From Eledone cirrhosa (lineage: Eukaryota), in contig OZ024740.1 in NCBI GenBank assembly GCA_964016885.1, forward strand, positions 246,078,001-246,142,000: a stretch of 64,000 nt of DNA. Reading direction: 5' to 3'. Both the position numbers and the translations under genes were made by a program. A model generated the notes under the pieces. The model was not told where the DNA came from. It was given only the letters and a program-made list of their open reading frames with translations, and made no database searches. Below are positions 1 to 14,983 of the stretch, piece by piece. Numbering within the stretch: the stretch's first letter is position 1; each line of letters begins with the position of its first letter.

Positions 1-300
1 AAAGAAATAAAGAAATAACGAAATAAGTAAAAGAACTAGGTGGGACGGAATAGGCGAGGACCCTTTTAAGAGGTATAAGTACGTAAATGATACGGTGACG
101 GGTCAACAAAAGGGGCCAAAATACTAAAGAGACTACCACGAAATAAACAATAAAGGTTTCCATCCCGGGCACAATTCCAGCAACCACCCAGTGCAGCAAA
201 GTGAACTAATACGAGATAATAATTCTGAGTCCCGAGAAAAATATATACTAATGGCCCCTTTTGTTGACCCGTCACCGTATCATTTACGTACTTATACCTA

Positions 301-768
301 AATAGCAGTGGAGAACCGACCAGGAGGTGTAACTGCCCGGATAGATCTATTTGCCCACTCGACAATAGATGCAGAGACCGTAATGTGATCTACCAGTGCA
401 ACGTGAGGACGGATACCTCCAACAAAGCCTATATAGGACTTACCGCATGTGACTTCAAGACTCGGCTATACCAACATAGACATACCTTCCGAAACCCGGC
501 CCGGCGTCATGCCACTACACTTTCGGGCCACATATGGGACCTCAAGGACAACAACATCACCTATGATCTCACTTGGAGATTACTGGCCAGAGCCAATTCT
601 TACACGGGAGGACGCCGTCCGTGCAATTTATGCTCGGAGGAAACTTTACAAATGCTGTTTTCGACGGACCAACTCCTAAACAAGAAAGATGAACTGGTTA
701 CTGCATGTAAACATAGATTGCGTAGGACTTACCTCGCCCTCAAACCCCATAATGACCCGGGGGGGTAG
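301..768 (+). CDS. C-terminal fragment of PLE ORF: Cys-rich linker plus GIY-YIG endonuclease
   Basis: Open frame from 301: CNCPDRSICPLDNRC (CxCx5Cx5C), VIYQC...YIGLT...FKTRLYQH, LSGHIWDLKD, CNLCSEE, LLNKKDELVTACKH; stop TAG at 766-768. Confidence 0.85.
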   Translation, partial: NSSGEPTRRCNCPDRSICPLDNRCRDRNVIYQCNVRTDTSNKAYIGLTACDFKTRLYQHRHTFRNPARRHATTLSGHIWDLKDNNITYDLTWRLLARANSYTGGRRPCNLCSEETLQMLFSTDQLLNKKDELVTACKHRLRRTYLALKPHNDPGG

Positions 769-1894
769 ACTAGGGCTATAACACCCCACTTGCCGATTTT
801 GCAATGGGTAACCCCTGCTTGCCAAGGGAGACGTAAGATCTTCTTTGTATTCTTTTATCGCTTCCTTTATTTCCTTCCTTCCCCCCTCTCTCCTTAGTCC
901 TTCTACCCCAGCTCTTCTCCTTTGTCGGCGTCTTTTCTCGCCCACCCGAGGCTGCCCTTTGGCCCCTTGTAGCCTTAGTACCCCCACCCCCTCCCCTAGT
1001 CTAGGATAGATTTGGCGGACTCCGCCCTTTATAGCAGTTGGTTTAGACCCCGGATACTTGTCCCCTTTTTCCGACCGCTCCCACTATTCTCTGTGCCCCC
1101 TATATTTCTTAGTGGCACTTATGCCTTATTTTTTCGTTTCAGTATTTCTTTCTTCGCTTTTCTTTTGGGCGGGGTGGATTCTGAATTTATTCTTCCGTAT
1201 TCTACCTTTACTTCGTACGAACTTTCATGTAGCTTGTTTTAGATCTTTTAGAGTTAGCATTAGTATATATTTTTCTCGGGACTCAGAATTATTATCTCGT
1301 ATTAGTTCACTTTGCTGCACTGGGTGGTTGCTGGAATTGTGCCCGGGATGGAAACCTTTATTGTTTATTTCGTGGTATTCTCTTTAGTATTTTGGCCCCT
1401 TTTGTTGACCCGTCACCGTATCATTTACGTACTTATACCTCTTAAAAGGGTCCTCGCCTATTCCGTCCCACCTAGTTCTTTTACTTATTTCGTTATTTCT
1501 TTCTTTACTTCTTTCTTTCTTTATTTATTTATTTTAGACTAACAATAGCCTGAGACCTAGGTCGTAGAATTTAATTTACTTTACTTTTTTCTTTACACTC
1601 ATTTGTTTTTCTTTACACTTATTTGCTTTTCTTCACTCTCAGTATTTTTTCTTTCCTATATATTTCTACCCCCCATTGTTCTACCTACCGTTCCGACTTC
1701 CTCCCCCTCCCCCTCCTCTGTATCTTCTTTGACCTCATGCCCAGCTGTAGCTGGCACTACAAACGCTTTATTGGGGCTACTCCACCCCTCCCCTCTTTCT
1801 CCTACTGGCAGGTTTAGCCACCATCTCCCCTACTAATTTGCAACCACAGAATTACTACTGATTTTTGACAATCACTTTGACCATATATGGAATT

Positions 1895-1988
1895 ACCCCT
1901 TGAGAAGATCGGCTATTTAAATACCAGGATAAATTTTCATTTAGTCCAGAATTAGCCATCGAAACGGCTTGAGCTCAGCTGTCGGGGT
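1895..1988 (+). ncRNA. Type I hammerhead ribozyme, U3-A8 core variant
   Basis: Stem I acccc (1895-99)/ggggt (1984-88). Core UUGAGAA (1900-06). Stem II gat(c)ggcta/tagccatc. GAAA (1961-64). Stem III cggct/agctg. GUC triplet at 1981-83. Located in a PLE 3' region. Confidence 0.8.
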
Positions 1989-2079
1989 CTTACTGGTTCC
2001 TATTACCCACTCTACTACCTCAAGTATTGAGTACTTTGGTGCGTTATGGTCCACCTGGTTCCTTACCACATTTCCTTCG

Positions 2080-2611
<532 letters not shown>

Positions 2612-3667
2612 ATCATCATCATCATCATCATCGTTTAACGTCCCTGTTCCACGCTTGCATGGGTTTGGACGGGGGTTTTCCCACTTGAGGCAAGAGTGGT
2701 TGTCTTGCTCGCATAGGACTGTCTGGCGGGTTTTCTACAGCTGGATGCCCTTCCTAACACCAACCACATTTACAGTGTGGGGCCGGGAGTTTTTTCCGTG
2801 TTGCCTACACGGCCACGTTACAGCGTGGACTGTCTGGCGTGTTTTCTACAGCTGGATGCCCGTCCTAACACCAACCACATTTACAGTGTGTGACTAGGAG
2901 GTTTTTACCGTGTTGCCTACACGGTCACATTACAGCGTGGACTGTGTGTTTTTTTGTCGTGATACCTACACGATCTTGTTTGTTTCGGCCTGGATGTTGT
3001 GGCACCAACATAACTCTGCATTGAAGGCGGCGGTGTGGATGGGGTGGGACGGGGGTGTATTTTGTTATAGATGCCTACTGACTAGTAGGTTTTACTTTGT
3101 ATTTAGGTGAGGCGGGTCTTCTCTGTTACTGAGTACCGCCAAAGGTCTCGGTCCAGTGACATTGTCTTGGAGAGGTGTAAGTGTGTGAGTACGGAATTTA
3201 TCAGCTCGTCCCAGGTTTTCCTGGGTCTGCCTACTCCGTGGCTACCATCTATCTTTATTGCCCTGCACTTTGTTATACAGCTGTCGTCTTTCATGCGCAT
3301 CACGTGACCATACCAATGTATCCTTCTCTCGAGTAAACAACATCTGATCCCTCTTATTTCTAATTTTTTCCTTAGTTCGTTTATGCTTTGCCGTTCACGT
3401 ATATTACTATTACACATCCAGCGGAGCATGCAAGCTTCGTTCCTCTCTAGTCTGCATATATCCTCTGCACACAATGCCCAGCTCTCACTGCCATGCAACA
3501 TTGCTGTTCGTATGCAGGCATCATACAACCTGCCTTTCATTTTTAGGGAGAACCCTTTAGCGGCTAATAGTGGTATAAGCTCTCTGAACTTTTTCCATCC
3601 AGTTCTGACTCTAGCTACTGTACTTTCAGAGCACCCGCCCCCACTACTGATTTTGTCACCCAGGTAA
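2612..3667 (-). mobile_element. 5'-truncated RTE LINE, family B
   Basis: YLGDKISSGGG...MLHGSESW...WYGHVMRM...GRPRKTW C-terminus, long 3' UTR with a ~110 bp tandem duplication (2716-2943), (GAT)n tail. Confidence 0.9.
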
Positions 3668-3730
3668 TGTATATATATATATATATGTATATATATATGT
3701 ATATATATATATATATGTATGTACATATAT

Positions 3731-4057
3731 GGAGGCACATGGCTTAGTGGTTAGAACATTGGCCTTGCAATCGAAAGGTTGTGAGTTCAATTCTCAGACC
3801 GGGTGATGTGTTGTTTCCTTGAGCAAGACACTTTATTTCACATTGCTCCAGTTTACTCAGCTGTAGAAATGAGATGGGGGTCCATATCATTCCACTGCAA
3901 TGTGGTCGTGGAGGTGCTACGGCAAAAAAGCACCCAGCACTCACTGTAAATGAGGTTGGTGTTAGGAAGGGCATCCAGCTGTAGAAATCAAGCCAGAATC
4001 AGTTCCCGTCCCACCCTTGCAAGCAGGGAAAGTGGACATAAAATGATGATGATGATG
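3731..4057 (+). mobile_element. tRNA-derived SINE with RTE-derived tail
   Basis: A box tggcttagtgg, B box gagttcaattc, central ccttgagcaagacactt motif, RTE-type 3' end and (TGA)n tail. Further copies at 22329-22615 and 51960-52261. Confidence 0.85.
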
Positions 4058-5882
<1,825 letters not shown>

Positions 5883-8212
5883 AGACAGGCATGGACAGAA
5901 TGGAAGAACGGGGGGAGCAGGGTACATTACATACAGACCAAGAGGGAAGCTAGGCGACAAGTATACTTAGCTAGGAGGGAAGCAGAAGATAGAAAATTCA
6001 AGCATGTTTTACAACGTGAGGACCAGAAACAGGAGGTATTCAAGATTGCGAGGCAGTGTGTCAGAGATAGTTGTGATGTCATTGGAGAGAAGTGTATCCG
6101 GAATGATAAAGGTGAGCTTGCCCTCACAAGTGCTGAGAAGAAAGATGCATGGAAGAGTCATTATGATAGATTACTAAATGAGGAGAATGCATGGGAAGAA
6201 GAGACCCTACCCCAAGTAGACCCTATAGAGGGACCAGCAGTACAAGTCAGCAGCAGCGTAGTAAGTAAGGCAATCAAAGATATGAAGATGGGGAAGGCAA
6301 CCGGTCCATCGGGTATAGCTGCCGAGAAGCTGAAGGCATCTGGGTCTGTAGGTCACACTATAACCACACGTATCGTTAACCAGGTAATACTAGAAGGGGC
6401 CATACCAAAAGATTGGTGCAGTAGCATCATTGTCAACTGATACAAAGGCAAAGGCGATGCACTAGATAGAGGAAACTATAGAGGTATAAAGTTGATGGAC
6501 CAGGTCATGAAAGTAACAGAAAGAGTTATAGCATAGCTGATTAGGGACCGGGTGAATATAGACGAGATGCAATTTGGGTTTGTACCAGGAAGAAGCACCA
6601 CTGATGCCCTCTTCCTTGTGAGGCAATTACAGGAAAAGTACCTAGCTAAAAGTAAGCCACTCTACTTGGCATTTGTCGACCTTGAGAAAGCCTTTGACAG
6701 AGTTCCACGTGCTGTAATCTGGTGGGCTCTTAGAAAACTAGGAGTAGATGAATGGCTTGGGAAAGCGGTACAAGCCATGTATAGGGGAGCAGTCAGCAAA
6801 GTTAGGATTAGCAATGAGTATAGCGAGGAATTTAGCGTACAGGTTGGGGTCCACCAGGGCTCTGTTCTTAGCCCTCTCCTGTTCATCATAGTCCTGCAGG
6901 CAATAACGGAGGAGTTTAAGACCGGATGCCCATGGGAACTCCTGTATGCCGATGACCTCGCACTCATAGCTGAATCTATGGTAGAACTAGAGAATAAATT
7001 CCAAACCTGGAAGCAGGGACTAGAGAGAAAGGGTCTCAAAGTCAACATGACCAAGACTAAGGTCCTTGTAAGTAGACGAGAAAACAGAACCCAGATCCCC
7101 TCGGGGAAATGGCCTTGCTCAGTATGTAGGAAAGGTGTAGGTAGGAACTCCATTCTCTGCCCCAAATGCAAACAATGGGTACACAAGAGATGTAGCGGGA
7201 TCTCAGGAAGCTTAATTAAGAATGTAGGATTCACATGCAGCAGCTGTGCTGAAACAGCAAGCAGCAAACAGCCACAGGAAACAAGTACCACCAATCTCTG
7301 GGAGGGCCCTGTAGAAACAGTAGACAGCTTCTGCTACCTAGGTGACCGAATTAGCAACGGAGGTGGGTGTTCAGAAAGTACAATAACTAGGGTAAGAACG
7401 GGATGGAAGAAGTTTAGGTAACTACTACCACTGCTAGCTGCAAAAGGCTTCTCCCTCAGAATGAAAGGCAGACTGTATGATGCGTGTATCCGAACAGCGA
7501 TGTTGCATGGTAGTGAGACCTGGGCGCTGAAGGTGGAAGACTTACGTAGATTAGAGAGAAACGAAGCCTGCATGCTCCGATGGATGTGTAACAGTAATAT
7601 ACGTGAACGACAAAGCATAAATGAATTGAGAGAGAGACTGAGCATAAGAGGAATCAAATGCTGTGTGCAGGAGAGGCAGTTGTGCTGGTATGGACATGTG
7701 ATGCGTATGAAGGATGACAGCTGCATAAAAAGGTGCAGAGCGAGCACTAGAAGTTGATGGAAACCGCGGAGTGGGGAGACCCAAGATGACCTGGGATGAG
7801 GTGATAAAAGCCGACCTTACCCAATTACACCTCTCAAAGACAATGACACACGACCGTGACTTCTGGCGTCACGCAGTAATACAGAGTACCCGACCTCCCA
7901 TGGGTACATGCTGAAGCATATAAACAATATGCCACCACACCCTCCCACCGCAAGGTGGTCGTGGAGGTGCCACGGCAAAAAAGCACCCAGCCCACACTGT
8001 AAAGTGGACGTGTAGGCGCCACGAAAAAGCACCCAGCACTCACTGTAAATGAGGTTGGTGTTAGGAAGGGCATCCAGCTGTAGAAATCAAGCCAGATCAG
8101 TTCCTGTATGAGCAAGGCATGGTCAGCCGACCAGACACTGCACACAACAGGACAACCCGTCTAACCCATGCTAGCGTGGAAGAACGGACGTAAAACGGTG
8201 ATGATGATGATG
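5883..8212 (+). mobile_element. 5'-truncated RTE LINE, family A, with stops and frameshifts
   Basis: RT motifs QFGFVPGRSTTDA, FVDLEKAFD, GVHQGSVLSP, LLYADD; Cys-rich insert; (GAT)n tail. Near-identical to 60705-63174. Confidence 0.95.
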
Positions 8213-8240
8213 ATATATGTATATATATGTATATATATAT

Positions 8241-11200
8241 GTCCTGGGTATGACATTAAACTACATCCATTGGCTAGGCTCCAGTTCGGGAGTTCAGGAG
8301 ATGTGGGGTATGTGGAGTTACCCCTTAGTTGTCATGACTCCCAGGTCTGCCCTGGGTGGTAGTACCTGTTAGGGCTCCATTTATGGGTTAAATAACTACC
8401 TTATTCGAGTGGCGCCGGTAAGGTATTGTCAGCCATTGAAAAGAAATATGGAGAGTCGATCTAACAGCACTAGGGTTAGAGCCCTAATTACACTGTCAAG
8501 GAGCAGCCTGGTCGTTATGACTCTGCTGGCTTAGGGCCACAGAGAGGGCCAGTGGATGATGGATCAGCTGTCTCTGAGACAAATATAAAGAATGCAGTTT
8601 TGTCCTGCAGAAGAGCCATCAAAATGGGCACTTTGAATGTGAGGACTATTCGGACGCTGGTGAAGAGAGAGGAGTTGGGACATCTGTTCGAGGAGAGTGG
8701 TATACAGATACTTGCGATCCAAGAACACAGGATTCTACACGATGAGCCCGTGAGGAGTGTGATGATCGGGAGGAAGAGCCAGCTCATCACTACATCGGCA
8801 GTGAAGAACACAACAAATGCTGCAGTAGGAGGAGTGGGTTTTGTGTTCAGTGCAAAAACCAATCTGTTGGTGAGGGAAATAATGCCTATCTCCCCGCGAG
8901 TGTTGAGGGTGACCTTCAATGGAAACCCAAGACTGACAGTCATCTCAGCCTATAGTCCAACCGAGGGGGACAGTGATGTGAATGCGGAAGAGTTCCATGA
9001 GGAGGTGTGTAGAGCTGTCAACACCACTCAGGCACACAATATCCTGCTTGTTTTGGGGGACTTCAATGCACATCTGAGTAAGGAGGGCAGTGAAGATCCT
9101 TGCTGGTACTTCCATAACAACACCAACCGAAATGGAAGACTACTGAGAGACACCCTGCTGGAGGCGAACTTGATGGCGACCAACCTAAGGTTTAGGAAGA
9201 ATCTGGGGAAGATGTGGACCTACATCTCAGATATGCACCTGTCCAAGTCCCAGATTGATTTCATTCTGGTGAGGAAAAAGTGGCGGAATAGTGTTCTGAA
9301 CACGGAACCATACAGCTATTTCAGTACACTGGGTAGTGACCACCGGCTTGTTATGAGTGAGGTCCGCGTGAGCTTAAGAAAGAGCAAGGTTCAGCCCCGG
9401 AGAACAATCTATGACTGGGGAGCTTTCAAGGAAGATGATAAGCTACAGGAGAGGTTCACAGTGGAAGTGAGAAACAGGTTTAGTGCTCTGTGTGGAGAGT
9501 CAGAGGAGAGAGAGATTGGATGGACTGAGGAGAGTGTGACGAGGAGGTACGGGCACTTCACCAATGCAGTGGCGGAAGCAAGTGAAACCCTGGTGCCGAG
9601 GAAAAAGAACAAAGGGAAGCACGTCAGCTCTGCAAACCTAAAAGTGTGTGCAGCCAGAGAACACCTGAAAGCTGCCAGGGACCAATTCTATGCTGATCCT
9701 ACGGAGGAGAGGATGGAGACTGTGGAGGTGATGAGGGAAGAGCTCTGTACCGCTTACACTGAGGTCAGAGAGGAGGCACTGATAGAGAAGATCAGAAGTG
9801 TGGAGAGAGCGGTTGACAGATCTGGATGTAAGGAGAGCTGGATGATCATCAACGAGATCACAGGGAGGAAGAGAAGGTGTTCGAGTCAGATCCAGGGAAC
9901 GGGGCCCGAGGATAGGAAGAGGAAATGGCTAGACCATTTTAGGACCCTACTAGGAGAGCCACCCTCCACAGCCCAGAGCACTGGGGAGATCAGGCGGCTG
10001 TCTGAGGAACTGGATGTTGAGACAGAGCCCTTCACCAGAGAGGAGCTTCAGAGAGCCAAGAAGAAGATCAAGGAGGGCAAGGCTCATGGAGAAGATGGAG
10101 TGGCATCAGAGGTGATGAAGAGGTGTGATTTTGATGATATCCTGGGGTCCTGTAACGGGGCACTGGAGAAAGGAGTTGCCCCGAATCAGTGGAGGATCAG
10201 TAACATCGTCCCAGTGCCAAAGAAGGGAGATCTCTCTAACACCAACAACTACCGAGGGATCTCACTGACGTCACTTGTGGCAAAGACCCTCAACAGGATG
10301 ATTCTTAACAGGATCCAGCCTGAGATGGAGAAGAAGCTCAGGGACAACCAGAACGGCTTCAGAGAGGGAAGATCAACCACCAGTCACATCCTGATGCTGA
10401 GGAGGATATTAGAGGGAGCTAGAGCAAAGTGCCTTCCTGCGGTCATGGTTTTCATTGACTTTAGGAAGGCCTTTGATTCTGTGGACCGTTACTGCCTGAT
10501 GAAGATCTTACAGGCTTATGGAATCCCCAAGAAGATAGTGGACCTGATATCACTGCTCTACACCAACACCAAAGCCCAAGTCATTACACCTGATGGGATG
10601 ACAGAGTTCTTTGAGATACTGGCTGGAGTGCTACAGGGAGATACATTGGCTCCTTACCTTTTTATCATCGTAGTGGACTATTGTATGCGCCTTGCACTGG
10701 AGAAACACCAGGACTCTGGCTTTACTGTAGCACCGGCTCAGAGCAGGAGAGTTATGGCGAAAAAGGTATCGGATGCTGAATTTGCCGACGACATAGTTTT
10801 GGTGACAAATACAGTGAAGGAGGCAGAGGATTTGATGCGGGAGGTTGAGACTGTGTCGATGAGTGTGGGGCTGAGAATGAATGAGACTAAAACAAAATAT
10901 CTGGTAGAGAATGTTGAGAAGCCAGAGGGTATCACTCATGTAGGCGGGAAGCCGCTGGAATTGGTTGAGGACTTCCTGTATTTGGGAGCAAAGATTGGGA
11001 ATACGGAAGATGATGTGGTTGAGAGGAAGAGTAAGGCCTGGGCGGCGTGCCACAGCTTGAGATCGGTGTGGAAGTCGGACCTTCGTAGAGACCTGAAAAT
11101 CCGCCTCTTCATTGCTGTAGTGGAGTCTGTGCTGCTGTATGGGTCTGAGACTTGGACACTGACCAAGAAACTCACTCAGATGGTGGATGGGTGCTACAGG

Positions 11201-11544
11201 AGAATGCTGAGGATGGCTCTGAACATTAATCAGTATACACTGAGGATGAAAAACTCAGAGCTGTATGGGAGCATCCCAAGAGTCAGCTCAAAAGTGACAC
11301 AGAGGAGACTGAGGTTGGCTGGACATGCTCACTGAATCCAGAGTTGACATTACACTCAGTGCTCCTGTGGGAGCCCCTACATGGACACACTAGAAGAGGA
11401 AGACCAAGGTTAACATATGTTGATGCCCTAAGGACAGACACTGGTTTGTTGGAGATGCAGGATATGGCAGCGATAATGAGGGACAGAGACCGCTGGAGAG
11501 AACTAGTCCATGGATCTTGGGAATTTTACCCGCCTTAGATAGAT
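8241..11544 (+). mobile_element. Near full-length RTE-group (RTE/RTEX-like) LINE
   Basis: ~310 bp structured 5' region, a single APE+RT ORF, short (TAGA) tail, flanked by (TA)n on both sides. Confidence 0.9.
8552..11538 (+). CDS. APE endonuclease plus reverse transcriptase; one frameshift near 11335
   Basis: [34 protein letters not shown] (APE); [35 protein letters not shown] (RT). C-terminus (LLWEP...RGRPRLTY) continues in another frame. Confidence 0.9.
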
Positions 11545-12817
<1,273 letters not shown>

Positions 12818-13470
12818 TTAGAGATAAGAGGGATCAGATGTTGTTTACTCGAGAGAAGGCTACGTTGGTATGGACACGTGATGCGCATGAAAGTCGATAG
12901 CTGTATAACAAAGTGCAGGGCAATAAAGATGGACGGTAGCCACGGAATAGGCAGACCTAGAAAAACCTGGGACGAGCTGATAAACTCCGACCTCACACAC
13001 TTACACCTCTCCAAGACAATGTCACTGGACCGAGACCTTTGGCGGTACTCAGTAACAGAGAAGACCCGCCTTACCTAAATATATAGTAAAACCTACTCCA
13101 GCCAGTAGGCATCTCTAACAAAATACACCCCGTCCCACCACCACCACCCCCACCCCATCCACACCACCCTGTTCTATGTAAAGTTATGTTGGTGCCGCGC
13201 CATCCAGGCCGAAACAAATGAGATCGTGTAGGTGTCACGACAAAAAAACACACAGTCCACGCTGTAATGTGGCCGTGTATGCAACACAATAAAAACCTCC
13301 CAGACCCACACTGTAAATGTGGTTGGTGTTAGGAAGGGCATCCAACTGTAGAAAACCTGCCAGACAGTCCTATGCGAGCAAGACAATCACTCTTGCCTCA
13401 AGTGGGACTACCCCCGTCCAAACCCATGCAAGTGTGGAACACGGACGTTAAACGTTGATAATGATGATGA
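12818..13470 (+). mobile_element. 5'-truncated RTE LINE, family B
   Basis: LEIRGIRCC...SVTEKTRLT* matches the copy at 2612-3667; same 3' UTR and tail. Confidence 0.9.
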
Positions 13471-14180
13471 TATATATATATGTATATATAGTATTAATTA
13501 TACTATTTATGGATATGTAAATACAAAATCCTGTATTGAACTAAAGAACATCAGACTACGATTCTCTAACTGGATTGTCAAACACTCAATATCGAATCGA
13601 CGTGGATCATGTGAGGGGCATATAATCTGAAAAATACACTCCCCAGTCTATGAAAATGTCGAAGTACATGAAGTCCATATCATCCCTTCGCTGCGCATTT
13701 CCAATATTTTTAATATTTTTAATGCTTATATTATTTCTCCACACACAGACTATAACAATCATATAAAGAATTTGTCACCAGATCAACCAACCTAACATTC
13801 TTGTTTACCTACTTAAGTGCTTCTACTACACGTAACTCTCTGCCACACTATATAAACAAGACGCACGTACTTGCCACACATATAACCCTTGCACTATATA
13901 ACCGCTTAATTTCATGTATTTTAACCTGTATTTTTGATTGTATCTTTTAATATGAATGTAATCTCTAAGTATGTACTGCCACTCTAAATGCAGTAATGAA
14001 TGTTGACCCACAATATTTGCATATGTATCTGTATGTCTCTTGGGTGAAAAGGAGGTCATATAAGTGTTCATTCATTAATAAATTGCTCCGAAGAATCCAA
14101 ACCGAGGTTTGGAGGAAACAGTTGTAAGCATAAAAATGTTTTGAACAGTTCTTTGATTCTTATAATTCATATGTATAATT

Positions 14181-14858
14181 CAAATAACGAAATGAAATTA
14201 AATTTCGTTTCGTTTGTAACTCACTTTTGTATGACTGACGCTTAAACAATGTTTACATACAGAATAGCTGGCCACTCACAGTAAAGTGACCAGTGAAAAA
14301 ACTTGGTACACCTACATATGTATACGTGTGTGTATTCATATACATACTAGTATTTCAGTATACATATATGGATGTACATCTTTAACTTAATTGTTTAAGC
14401 GTCAGTCATACAAAAGTGAGTTACAAACGAAACGAAATTTAATTTCGTTTCGTTATTTGTTTTTATCGTCTCCGTTGAACCGGTACTTACTCACACTCTA
14501 TGCAAATTAGTCTGCCCACTACTAATTTTCATAGAAAAAGCATATAACGATATGTGCTTTTACGATTCTCTAGAGAAGCCGGAAGATAGGTAAATATTGC
14601 TGATGAGTTGTAACAACAACGAAACTAGTTCAATATTCCTTGTCTGGCTTTCTGGAGAATAGAGGAGAGGTGTTTCCTCAAAAACCAGTATGACTCTAAA
14701 AACCGGTTTGTCTGTGTTTTTACATACAGAATAGCTGGCCACTCACAGTAAAGTGACCAGTGAAAAAACTTGGTACACCTACATATGTATACGTGTGTGT
14801 ATTCATATACATACTAGTATTTCAGTATACATATATGGATGTACATCTTTAACTTAAT
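14181..14858 (+). mobile_element. Penelope-like pseudo-LTR remnant, no ORF recognised
   Basis: ~138 bp direct repeat (14253-14390 = 14720-14858), ~70 bp inverted repeat (14181-14250 vs 14390-14459), and an internal hammerhead. Confidence 0.7.
14593..14637 (+). ncRNA. Minimal type I hammerhead ribozyme
   Basis: Stem I aatattg/caatatt, CUGAUGA (14600-06), stem II gttgt-aaca-acaac, GAAA (14621-24), palindromic stem III region AACTAGTT, GUU triplet. Confidence 0.8.
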
Positions 14859-14983
14859 TATATATATATATATATACATGTATATATATATGTATATATA
14901 TATATATATATGTATGTATATACATGTATATATATATGTATATATATATATATATATGTATGTATATACATGTATATATATAT

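Noticed and set aside
3731-3800. Functional tRNA gene
   Set aside because: No complete cloverleaf, and it continues into a SINE body and LINE-derived tail found in several copies.
6662-7294. Antisense 210-aa ORF (also 61630-62259)
   Set aside because: Shadow frame of the RT coding sequence, with no independent evidence.
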